A stretch of 63,974 nt of DNA, filler included, from an uncultured Gemmatimonadota bacterium (lineage in GTDB: Bacteria > GCA-2686955): the NCBI GenBank assembly GCA_964490075.1. It is 5 parts of 4 records of this genome, joined end to end, with 100 filler letters (N's around TTAATTAATTAA, not from the genome) between each part and the next. Parts side by side here need not be neighbours in the genome. Positions count along the whole stretch, not along the records: positions 40,998 to 63,974 come from CAZBBK010000079.1; 4 more parts are not named here. One strand, 5' to 3'. The notes beneath the pieces were generated by a model that was not told where the DNA came from, did not search any database, and worked only from the letters and a program-made list of their open reading frames with translations. Positions within the stretch are counted from its first letter, which is position 1; each line of letters begins with the position of its first letter. Below are positions 40,998 through 56,305 of the stretch, one piece after another. A program made the translations under genes and the position numbers.

Positions 40998-43291
40998 ACT
41001 GCACCATCGCGAACAACTCTGCGCCCGACGGCGGGGGAGGAATCTATAGCTACTTCGCGTCGCCGTCGGTCACGAGCTCCATCCTCTGGGGCAACCAACC
41101 CAACGAGATCACCGCCTTCGGCGACAGTCCCGACATCACCTGGTCGACGATCCGCGGAGAATGGCCGGGCGAGGGCAATCTGTACCGGGATCCGCTCTTC
41201 CGCGATCCAGAGAAGGGCAACTGGCGTCTGCGCTCAGCCGAGTGCGGTTTCGACGATGTGTCTCCCGCGATCGACGGCGCAGATCCCACGACGCTGGACC
41301 GGCACCTCGATTGCGCAAGCGGCCAAGGAGCGCTGCGCGCCGATCAGGGCGCTTTCGGCGGTGGCGCCTGTGGTCTCGAAATCGTCAACGAACCCGATCC
41401 CTTGATCGCGTTCCTCGGCGACAGCTTGACAGGCGCGCTGGAGATCGCCAACTGGTGCGATGACACGCTGGCCTTCGATCGGGTGCGGATCGAGTCGCTT
41501 GGATCCCCCGCGCTGTCGCGCACGGTTTACTCCGGCCGCGAGGTGGTGTTGGGTGAAGGCGAGAGCGTACAACAGTCGTTCGCGCTGCCAGTACCGGCGC
41601 GGATCCCGACCGGCGTCTACCGCACCAGAATGGTGGTGCTCTCCGGCTCCAGCCCGCGGGCCTCGAGCGACAGAATCGTGGTGGTACGGAGCGAAGAGCC
41701 GTTGCGAATCAACGTGCCGGACGATGTGTCGTCGATCCAGCAGGCGATTCAGCTGGCGATCGCCTCCGACACGGTGGTCATCGCCCCGGGGACCCACCGT
41801 GAGGGGGCAATCGACTTCGAGGGCAAAGCGGTTACGGTGCGCGGCGAAGACCCTTCCAACGCCAGGACCGTCGCCGCTACGGTGGTCGACGGCTCCGGCG
41901 TCGGATCGGTCTTCATATTCGAGAGCGACGAGGATAGCAACAGCGTTCTGGCGGGTCTCACGATCACCGGCGGCCGCGCCCGCGAAGGCGGAGGCATTCG
42001 CTGCCTGTCCTCGCCGCTGGTCGAGGACTGCGTGATCCGCGGCAACTGGTCGACGAGCCACGATACCGCGCCCGTTGGCGCTCCTAGTCAGTTGTACGCA
42101 TGCGGCGGCGGTGTCTTCTGCAGGGACGGGGCACCGATCTTCCGCCGCTGCGAGATCGTCGAAAACCGTATCCGAGTAGAAGCACTGCAAGGCGATGGCA
42201 GAGGAGCCGGCGTCTACTGTGAAGCCGGAGCGCCGCGCTTCGAGCAGTGTCGGATCGACCGAAATCGTTCCGAGGCTCTGGCCAACCTCGCTCTGAAGGG
42301 TGCCGGTGCGGCCTGTTCTTGGAACACCCATGCGATCTTCATCGGTTGTTCATTTGACGACAACCAGATTCTCGCCGATGGTGACTGGAGTGGAGACCAG
42401 GGGCAAGGCGGCGGGCTCTATTTCATCTCCGGAGAAGCCGACCTGGTCGATTGCACGTTGTCCAGGAATCGAATCGACGCCATGAACCATGCCATGGGCG
42501 GCGGCCTTTTTTTGCAGGGATCGGCCGACACTCGAGTCACGCTTACCCATTGTCGAGTAGAGGAAAACGCGATTGCCGCGGCCATCAACGCGCGCGGGGC
42601 AGGAATCCACGCTGGCCGTGGCCAACTTCAGCTCTTCGACTGCATCCTGAGCGACAACTCCACGTTCTCCGATTCTCGCGCCTTGGGCGGAGGCCTCTAC
42701 GCCTACGGCACCGACCTGACGCTCATCCGCTGCGACCTCCTCGGCAACACCTGCTCCCACGACGGGGGAGGCGCGTGGACGAAGTTCGGGAACAGCCTCT
42801 TCTCCGGGTCGATCCTGGCGCACAACGCAGCCTCGAGAGGCGGCGGTCTCTATCTGAGTGGCGACGCGCTCCTCGAGAACTGCACCTTCAAGGGGAATCA
42901 AGCATCAGATCAAGGGACCGGCATCTTCGCGGCTCGCGGCTGAATCTCGCTCGCGAGCTGCATCCTATGGGGCGACGGCACCGAGGAGATCCACCATGAG
43001 ATGAGCGCTCTCCCGGTCTCCTACTCCATCATCGAAGGAGGCTGGCCGGGCGTGGGCAATCTCGACCAGGATCCGCTCTTCCGTTCGCCGAGCGAGCTGC
43101 GGCTCCAGGCCCGCGATTGCGGCTGGAGCCTCGATTCGCCGGCCATCGATGCCGCTGCCCCCTGGCTGAAAGACCGCGCGCTGGGCTGCGAGGCGGGCTT
43201 GGGCGGGGAGCGGGGCGACATGGGCGCCTTCGGGGGTGTGGGGGCGCTGCGCTCTGCTGCTCCCCCCATCGTCAACCGAACGATCGAATAG
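40998..43291 (+). pseudogene. Cys-rich right-handed beta-helix protein, paralog 1 (5' end off contig), in-frame TGA at 42941-42943
   Basis: GGG(I/L)xC and CxIxxN repeats. The frame is open from 41000, and ORFs 41258-42943 and 43001-43291 are in the same frame and colinear with paralog 2. Confidence 0.8.
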
Positions 43292-43305
43292 CGGGGAACA
43301 AGCCG

Positions 43306-46300
43306 ATGGGAATCAGAGCTGTGACATCGCTACTTCTGATCGCCCCCCATACCCTGGCGACAACGATCGACATCCCACTCGACTACCCGACCATCCAGGC
43401 CGGGATCGACGCCGCGCTCGACGGCGACACGGTGCGCGTGCATCCCGGCACCTACTTCGAGACCGAGATCGGCTACGACGGCAAAGCGATCGTGGTGACC
43501 AGCCTCGATCCGGACGACTCGTTGACCGTGGCGGCGACGGTGGTTTCGGGCGGCGGGGTTGGACGGCCATTTCACTTTCGAGCTGGGGAGGATTCTACGA
43601 GTGTGCTGGTGGGGCTGCTGATTACCGCGGGGTACGACGATTTCAGCGGCGGCGGAATCGCGTGCGTAGAAGCCTCACCGACCATCGATCGTTGCAGAGT
43701 CGTCCGCAATCAGTTGGCGGAAGGGGCCTGGGTGATGGGCGGCGGAATCTACTGCGGCGACTCCGCGGCACGGATCATCCGGACGACCATCGCGGACAAT
43801 ACGGTGGCTCATTCACTGTTTTCCTCCTTTGGCGCCGGCGTGGCCTGTGAAGAAGGCGCACCGACCCTCATCGACTGTATGATCGAACGCAATCGACATC
43901 TGAGCGGCAGTGGATTCGGTGGTGGCCTCCACGCCTCCGGTGGCGATCTACTGCTCGAGGGCGTGACGGTGCGCGGCAACTTCGCGACCGGCGACGAGAC
44001 ATCCGACGGTGGCGGGATCTGCCTCGAGCGGGGCATCGGTCAGAGGAGCTTCGAACTGCGGACCTGCACAATTTCGGGAAACGAGGCGGGGGACTCCGGC
44101 GGTGGGATCTCTGTGAGCGGTTGGAGCCAGGACCGATGCACCATTTGGAATTGCACGATCTCGGACAACTGGGCCATCACCGGGGGCGGCATAGCCTCGA
44201 GCGCCGCCGGCAAGGACATCGAGGTCACTCGCTGCACCATCAACAACAATTGGGCCGACGGTCACGGCGCTGGGCTGTTCGTCGGATCGCGAGCAAACAT
44301 GGTGCTGCAGAATTGCGTCATTTCGTGGAACAGAATCAGGGGAGGACCGCGTCGCGTCACGGCAGGGGGCGGCATCTACGTATTGAACGGGGCCACGGTT
44401 GTTCGCCAAAGTACGATCGCTTACAACTCTGGACTCGGCGCCGGAGGGGGAATCTACAGCGTGTTCGAACCGGTGACCGTTCTCGGATAGATCATCTGGG
44501 GGAACCAGCCGAACGATGTTTCCGGCCGCCTGGAGGATCTCGACATCACCTGGTCCACGGTGGGCGGCGACTGGCCCGGAGAGGGAAACCTGTTCCTGGA
44601 TCCGCTCTTTTGTGATCCGCACCAAGGTGATTTCCGCCTGCGCTCGATTGCCTGCGGATTCGACGGGCAGTCGCCCGCGATCGACGCCGCCGACCCCTCC
44701 AACAGAGACAACGAGCTCGACTGTGACGCCGGCCTGGGGACGCGATGGGCGGACCAGGGAGCGTACGGTGGAGGGACCTGTGGACTCGAAATCGCGACCG
44801 CCCCCGATCCACTGTTGGCATTTCGCGGCAGTCCCCTGCTGGCATCGGTCGGCGTGAGCAACACCTGCAACGACACACTTGCCTTCGATCGGGTCCTGAT
44901 CGAGCTGATCCCCGGATCGGTCACGATGACGCTCTACTCCGGGCCAGAGGTGTCATTGGAACCCGGCGCGTCGGAGCAGCGGCCTCTTGAGACCGTCGTG
45001 CCGGCGGGGGCGCCGATCGGAGTCCATCATGCCCGACTGAAGCTGCTACACCGGGATTCCGAGGTGGCGTTCGACGATAGAGTCGCCGTGATCCGCGACG
45101 ACGCCGCGCTGCGAATCGAGGTGCCGCAAGAGGTGGCATCGATCGGCCGGGCGATCGAGCTGACCCTCGACGGCGACACAATCGTCGTCGCGGCGGGAAG
45201 CTACTACGAGCACTCGATTCGCTTCGTCGGCAGGGCGATCACCGTTCGCGGCGAAGATCTCACGAGCGAAAACGTCGTCGCGACCACCGTTGTTGACGCG
45301 CTAGGATCGGGCTCGGTTTTCATCTTCGATCACGCGGAAGACAGCAACAGCGTGCTCGCCGGCCTCACGATCACCGGAGGGCTGTCTGCTCGCGGCGGTG
45401 GGATCCGATCCTCGGCGTCTCCTCTGATCGAACACTGTGTGATTCGCGGCAACTGGGCGACCTCGCAAGACTCGGCGCGCTTCGAAAGCGCCCAAGGCGG
45501 CGGCATCTACTGCGGCGAGGGAGCTCCGACATTTCGAGACTGCCAGATCATCGACAACGGGATTCGGCTCGAAGACCCCGATTCGGTCGGTGGCGGCGGC
45601 GGGGTCTACTGTCTGCGCAGCGCCCCGCACTTCGAACACTGCCGGATCGAGCGCAATCGCGCCGAGTCGATCGGCCCCGGAACCATCGGTGGCGGCGGGA
45701 TCGCGTGTGTCTGGGACTCTGAGGCCCTCTTCGTGGGCTGCGCGATCGAGGACAATCGAATCATCGGAGACGAGGAGGGGAGTGGCTCCCTAGCTTGGGG
45801 TGGAGGACTGTACATTTCTGGCGCGGAGGCAGACCTGACCGATTGTACGTTGTCGTCGAATCGAATCGACCGCTTCGGGCTAGCTCTGGGCGCGGGACTC
45901 CATCTTTCCGGCCAAGATCCCGGCAGCGTTGTCCTGAACGGTTGCCTGTTGGAGGAAAACGTAGCGTCGGCTCGTTATCGAGCCCTTGGGGGTGGGCCCT
46001 ATGCAGAGTGGCAACGCGTCGAGCTGATCGACTGTGACGTGATCCACAACGCCGCTTTCGGCGAGCCGGCCGGCCATGGCGGAGGCACATACACATCGAA
46101 TGTGGAGCTGCTGGCGGAGCGAACGGAGCTGCGCGGCAACGTCTGTTCGGACTGCGGAGGAGGAGCTTGGATCGAAGGCGGAGAGGCGCGGCTCGCAGGG
46201 CTCAGCGTGATTCGCAATCGGGCATACCGGGGCGGAGGCGTCCATCTCCGGAGCAGTATCGAGCTGGAAAACAGCACCTTCACGGGCAACCAGGCGGCGG

Positions 46301-46683
46301 AGAAGGGTGACGGCATCTATGTAGCGACCGGAGAACCGTCTCTCGCCGGCTGCATCCTGTGGGGAGACGGGGCAGAGGAGATCTTCGTCTACGAAGACGA
46401 ACCCAGCGTCTCCTATTCCATCATCGAAGGCGGCTGGCCCGGCGAGGGCAACCTCGACCAGGATCCGCTCTTCCGTTCGCCCAGCGACCCGCGGCTCCAG
46501 GCCCGCGAGTGCGGCTGGAGCCTCGATTCGCCGGCCATCGATGCCGCCGCGCCCTGGCTGAAGGACCGCGCGCTGGGCTGCGAGGCGGGATTGGGCGGGG
46601 AATGGGCCGATATGGGCGCCTTTGGAGGGCTGGGGGCGTTGCGCGCCGCTGCTCTTCCCACTGTCGACCCACCGATCGAGTAG
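43306..46683 (+). pseudogene. Secreted double beta-helix protein, paralog 2, in-frame TAG at 44488-44490
   Basis: Signal peptide, IPLDYPTIQAGIDAA, and two beta-helix units each ending SPAIDA...DxGA(Y/F)GG. The ORFs ending at 44490 and 46683 share one frame. Confidence 0.8.
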
Positions 46684-46694
46684 CGTTGCCCGAC

Positions 46695-51992
<5,298 letters not shown>

Positions 51993-52141
51993 GGTGCTCT
52001 ACCCCCGCCCGTCGGGCATGCGGCCTGGCCAGGGGAACCGAACCGCCATACTCTCCGTAGGTTCGGGAGCGCGGTCCCTCAGTGGAATCGGCGGGTCGAG
52101 CGCCGATCTTAGTGCATACCCTCATGGTCGAGAGCAGTCCC

Positions 52142-52759
52142 ATGTCGATGATGTCCCGCCAGGCGTTGCTGCTGGTGGCGGTCGGCTGTGCCCTGGGGAT
52201 CGCCAACAACCTGCTGGCCGGTGAGACTCGGCGGCTCGCGTGGTTCACGGACTATCCGGCCCACCAGTCGCGCGCGGAGCAGGAGACGCGCGCGAACCCC
52301 GCGCCGCCGGAGGGATCGACCCCCGGAAGCGCCCTGGCGGCAACCTCCACGCCGGCGTCCGCGATCGACGAGCTGGCCACGGTCGCGCTCCCCGAACCCG
52401 ATCCGGAGCGGCCGGCGGTGGAGATCGAGGCCCTCCAGGCGCGCCGCCTGCACGGGGAGGGGGCGATCTTCATCGACGCGCGGCGCACCCGGCAGTTCGA
52501 GGAGGGGCACATCGCGGGGGCGCTCTCGGTGCCGATCTGGGAGACGGCGATGGTCGACGAGCGCCTGGACGAGATCGCCGCCCGCGCCGCGCCGGAGGAA
52601 CCGATCGTGATCTACTGCAACGGTGGAGACTGCGAGGACTCGCACATGGTCGCCGAGCGGCTCTGGATCGCCGGCTTCGTCCACGTGATGGTCTACTCCG
52701 ACGGTTACCCCGACTGGATCGAGCAGGGCGGGGCGCTGGCGACGGGAGCATCGGGATGA
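52142..52759 (+). CDS. Membrane-anchored rhodanese-domain protein
   Basis: N-terminal hydrophobic helix, FIDAR...GHIAGA, active loop YCNGGDCEDS. Start is one of three nearby ATGs. Confidence 0.88.
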   Translation: MSMMSRQALLLVAVGCALGIANNLLAGETRRLAWFTDYPAHQSRAEQETRANPAPPEGSTPGSALAATSTPASAIDELATVALPEPDPERPAVEIEALQARRLHGEGAIFIDARRTRQFEEGHIAGALSVPIWETAMVDERLDEIAARAAPEEPIVIYCNGGDCEDSHMVAERLWIAGFVHVMVYSDGYPDWIEQGGALATGASG

Positions 52760-53238
52760 GCGCGCTGCGCAGGCTCTGGGGCAGCGAGTGGCTGGCGCTG
52801 CGGCTGCAAATCGCGCTGGGCGCGGTGTTCGTGGCGGCCGCCTGGCCGAAGCTGGTCGACCCGCCGACCTTCGCCAAGAACATCTGGGCCTACGACATCC
52901 TGCCCGATGCGCTGATCAACCTGCAGGCGATCACCATGCCGGCGATCGAGCTGGTGGTCGGGCTGGCGCTGGTGCTGGGGATCATGCGGCGCGGAGCGGC
53001 CGGTGTCGCCGCCCTACTGCTGCTGATCTTCATGGGTGCGATCGCCTGGGCGCTCTTCGAAGGCAACCCGGTGCAGTGCAGCTGCTTCGACCTCAGCGCG
53101 CCGGTCAAGAGCGACGCCGAGCTGCTGCACGAGCTGCGGGTGGTCTTCCTGCGCGACGTTGGGTTGCTGGCGATGGCGGCGCACGGGTGCTGGGGGGGCG
53201 CGGGTAGGTGGGAAGTTAGGACCGGATTCGCGTCGTAG
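52756..53238 (+). CDS. MauE/DoxX-family membrane protein
   Basis: LGAVFVAAAWPKLVDP..F, P.IEL..GL.L, CSCF, RD. ATGA overlap with the rhodanese gene. Confidence 0.88.
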   Translation: MSALRRLWGSEWLALRLQIALGAVFVAAAWPKLVDPPTFAKNIWAYDILPDALINLQAITMPAIELVVGLALVLGIMRRGAAGVAALLLLIFMGAIAWALFEGNPVQCSCFDLSAPVKSDAELLHELRVVFLRDVGLLAMAAHGCWGGAGRWEVRTGFAS

Positions 53239-53258
53239 CTCGCGACTCTCGATCGAGA
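53232..53258 (+). repeat. GTAG-type REP singlet, same family as 1-85
   Basis: gtcgtagctcgcgactctcgatcgaga. 53240-53258 is identical to window positions 1-19. Confidence 0.55.
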
Positions 53259-53860
53259 TCGATGTCGGCGATCCGCGCGATCCGGTGCTTCTGGGGGTAT
53301 CTAGCTCGCCGCGCTTCGGGTTCGGATATGTCGCCAGCGACAATCCCGACTTGGTGTTCCTGTCGGCCGCTCCTTCCCATGCCGGGGGGCAGCCGTCCTC
53401 GGTGGTCCAGGCGCGACGGGTGAAAGATGGGGACTTCGACGTATCCGCCGCGGGTGTTGCTGCCGCCATCACCGCCGGACGCGACTGGGACGATCACTTT
53501 CTGGTGGAAGGGGGCGGTCCGCCGAAGCAGTTCCAATCCACCCCGGCGTCGCCGGCATCAAGGGAGGACGCTTCTATCCCGTCTACCATGACACGATCCC
53601 CACGCTCATGGTCAATGGCGTCGCCATCGACGTGCTTCGTGGAGAGCTGATCGTGAACGAGGCAACCGACCTCTTCTCGGTGCCCTACCGCGGGCCCGAT
53701 ACTGGGGTCCGAACCGTCTACCCGCAGCCCTTCGGCGAGCCCTACTGGCCTCGGCTCCTTCGGCGTCTGGACCATCGATCTCGAACCACCGGATCCCGCC
53801 GCTCTGGTGACGCTGGGGCCGTGTCTGGATTGAGGCAGGAATCAGCAGTCCTGGAAGGCA

Positions 53861-53887
53861 TGGATTCCGGCTCTCGCCGGAATGACG
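53861..53887 (-). repeat. CGTC-type REP singlet
   Basis: tggattccggctctcgccggaatgacg, one mismatch from 8657-8683. Confidence 0.8.
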
Positions 53888-53966
53888 GTGGGTAGCTTTG
53901 TTTCGCCCCCCCGCTCTCTCTTTCCTCAACCCACACCGCAAGTTGTTTGCTGCGTTGAGCAGACCC

Positions 53967-54362
53967 CTACATGCCGTCCAGCACCGTCTCGAGCAAGCCG
54001 CGCACCTGGGCGGCGAGCGGCGCCATGTCGTCGCGGTCGAGCAGCGAAAAGCCGGCCGTGGGGTTGAACGCATAGACGACGCTGCCGCCCTCGGCGCGCT
54101 CGGCGACCACCACGTTGCAGGGCAATAGGACCCCGATCGGCGGCTCCTCGGTCAGTGCCTGGTGGGCGAGCTCGGGGTTGCAGGCGCCGAGGATGACGTA
54201 GCGGCGGAAGTCGGCGCCGATCTTCCTCTTCAGGGTCGCCTTGACATCGATCTCGGTCAGCACGCCGAAGCCCTTCTCGGCCAGGCGGGCGGTCACCTTG
54301 TCGATCGCCTCCTGGTAGTCCAGGTTCGGCAGCTCCTTGGTCAGGGCGTAGGGCTCGGTCAT
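53967..54362 (-). CDS. DUF302-domain protein
   Basis: GFGVLTEIDVKATL, YVILGACNP, IGVLLPCNVVV. Confidence 0.92.
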   Translation of the reverse strand: MTEPYALTKELPNLDYQEAIDKVTARLAEKGFGVLTEIDVKATLKRKIGADFRRYVILGACNPELAHQALTEEPPIGVLLPCNVVVAERAEGGSVVYAFNPTAGFSLLDRDDMAPLAAQVRGLLETVLDGM

Positions 54363-54525
54363 GGTCGGGGCTCCAGAGGGGATGGGATGGTCGAGGGAAG
54401 CGGACCATGTCTCGCCTTCGCGTGCGAAGTCAAGCGTCTCGGCTGCGCTCGGTCACTTCGGTTACGATCCGCGACACCGGACAGGATCGGCTACTGGTGA
54501 GCGTTCCACCACCTCAGGAGTCAGC

Positions 54526-55176
54526 ATGAAACGTCCCTTCGTGATCGGCGTCGCCGGGGGCACCGGGTCGGGCAAGACCACCATCGCGGAGCGGCTCGCC
54601 GGAGCGCTCGGCCCCCTTTCCGTGGCGTTGATCGAGCAGGACTGCTACTACCGCGACCTGCAGGGGCTCGACTTCGACGAGCGGGCGCTGGTCAACTTCG
54701 ACCACCCCGACGCCATCGAGATGGAGCTCCTGGTGCGGCACCTGGATCTGCTCTGTGAGGGGCGCCCGATCGACAAACCGCGCTACGATTTCGAACGACA
54801 CCTGCGCTCCACCGAGAGCGACACCGTCGAGCCGCGTCCGGTGCTGCTGGTCGAAGGTATCCTGGTCCTCGACAACCCCGAGCTGCGCAAGCGGATGGAC
54901 CTCAAGCTCTACGTCGACACCGCGGCCGACATCCGCCTGATGCGCCGGATTCGCCGCGACCTGGAGAAGCGCGGGCGCGATTTCGACCAGGTGCGCCGCC
55001 AGTACTACGAGACCGTGCGCCCGATGCACCTGGCATTCGTCGAGCCCTCCAAACACCACGCCGACGTCATCATCCCGGAAGGCGGCCAGAACCGCGTCGC
55101 CCTCGACCTCTTGCTGGGACGGATCCGGGAGTTCCTGCGCGACTACGACGGGCCCGGCGCGGTGCGGCCGCAGTAG
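54526..55176 (+). CDS. udk: Uridine kinase
   Basis: IGVAGGTGSGKTT, NFDHPDA, VEGIL, RRIRRD, FVEPSK..ADVIIPEGG. Confidence 0.96.
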   Translation: MKRPFVIGVAGGTGSGKTTIAERLAGALGPLSVALIEQDCYYRDLQGLDFDERALVNFDHPDAIEMELLVRHLDLLCEGRPIDKPRYDFERHLRSTESDTVEPRPVLLVEGILVLDNPELRKRMDLKLYVDTAADIRLMRRIRRDLEKRGRDFDQVRRQYYETVRPMHLAFVEPSKHHADVIIPEGGQNRVALDLLLGRIREFLRDYDGPGAVRPQ

Positions 55177-55183
55177 CTCAGCG

Positions 55184-55570
55184 TCAGAACTCCTCCTCGA
55201 AGCGGGCCATCTCCTCGTCCGTGAAGCCGAAATGGTGCCCGACCTCGTGCAACAGCACCAGTCCGACCAGGCGCTCCAGGTCCTGGCCGGTCTCGCACCA
55301 GTAGTCCAGGAGCGGGCGCCGGTAGAGGAAGACGATGTCGTTGCCGTGCAGCTCCGGGCCGTGGCCCTTCTCGCCGATGGCGACGCCGTGGTAGAGACCC
55401 AGCAGATCGAAGGGGGACTCGAGCTGCATCGCCTCGATCGTCTCGTCGTCCGGAAACTCGACCACCTGGAAGACCAGGCCGTGCAGGTGCCGCGCCAGGC
55501 GGGAGGGCAGCAGCCTGAGCGCGCCGTGGGCGATCCGTTCGATCTCTTCGGAGGACGGGGGAAGACGCAT
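55184..55570 (-). CDS. Minimal zincin-like metallopeptidase (Zincin_1)
   Basis: DLLGLYHG, I.LYRRP, HEVGHHFG. Confidence 0.9.
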   Translation of the reverse strand: MRLPPSSEEIERIAHGALRLLPSRLARHLHGLVFQVVEFPDDETIEAMQLESPFDLLGLYHGVAIGEKGHGPELHGNDIVFLYRRPLLDYWCETGQDLERLVGLVLLHEVGHHFGFTDEEMARFEEEF

Positions 55571-55637
55571 GTGGCTGGAAGACTACTCGATGCGGGCGCG
55601 GTAGCATCGCCGCCGGAGTCCCACAAGGAGATGGACC

Positions 55638-56282
55638 ATGGCCAACCTGCTCACGCTGGCGCGCGTCGCCCTGCTCTTCGTCGTGGTCGCCACCTGGGCG
55701 CGGCAGACTCTGCTCGATGCCTGGTGGCTCGATCTGGCCATGGTGGCGCTGCTGGTGTGGGTGATCTTCATGGACGCGCTGGACGGTTGGGTGGCGCGGC
55801 GCCGCGGCGAGGCGTCGGAGCTCGGCGCGCTTCTCGACATCGCCGGCGACCGCATCGTGGAGCTGGTGCTCTGGGGCTTCTTCGCGATCCGTCGCGACGC
55901 CGCCGGCCAGCCCCTGGTCCCCTACTGGGTGCCGATCGTGATCATCACCCGCACCGTCGCCACCGACCTGGTGCGCAGCGTCGCCTTCCAGCACGGCAAG
56001 ACCCCCTTCGGGACGCGTTCGATGATGGAGTCGCCGTGGGCGAAGCAGCTGGTCAGCTCACGCTGGAGCCGCGCCGGCTACGGCTTCATGAAGGCGGCCG
56101 CCTTCTGCGCGCTGGGACTCGAGATCGGTGCCGCACGCGCCGGCGCGACCGGCACCGCGGTCGACGCGCTGGCCCTGATCGCCGCGCTCCTGGTCTACGG
56201 CACCGCGCTCGCCTGCGTGGTGCGCGGCATCCCCGTGCTCTGGGACGGCCGGCACCTCTTCGCTCCGCCGCCGCGAAGCTGA
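55638..56282 (+). CDS. CDP-alcohol phosphatidyltransferase family protein
   Basis: ANLLTLAR and DALDGWVARRRGEASELGALLDIAGD signature. Confidence 0.93.
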   Translation: MANLLTLARVALLFVVVATWARQTLLDAWWLDLAMVALLVWVIFMDALDGWVARRRGEASELGALLDIAGDRIVELVLWGFFAIRRDAAGQPLVPYWVPIVIITRTVATDLVRSVAFQHGKTPFGTRSMMESPWAKQLVSSRWSRAGYGFMKAAAFCALGLEIGAARAGATGTAVDALALIAALLVYGTALACVVRGIPVLWDGRHLFAPPPRS

Positions 56283-56305
56283 AGCTCCGGCCAAGGAGGG
56301 GGCCG

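Noticed and set aside
42941..44490. Genome-wide stop reassignment, selenocysteine or pyrrolysine
   Set aside because: TGA and TAG both end many conserved genes here, the two stops differ, and they align to Glu and Ser rather than Cys or Lys.
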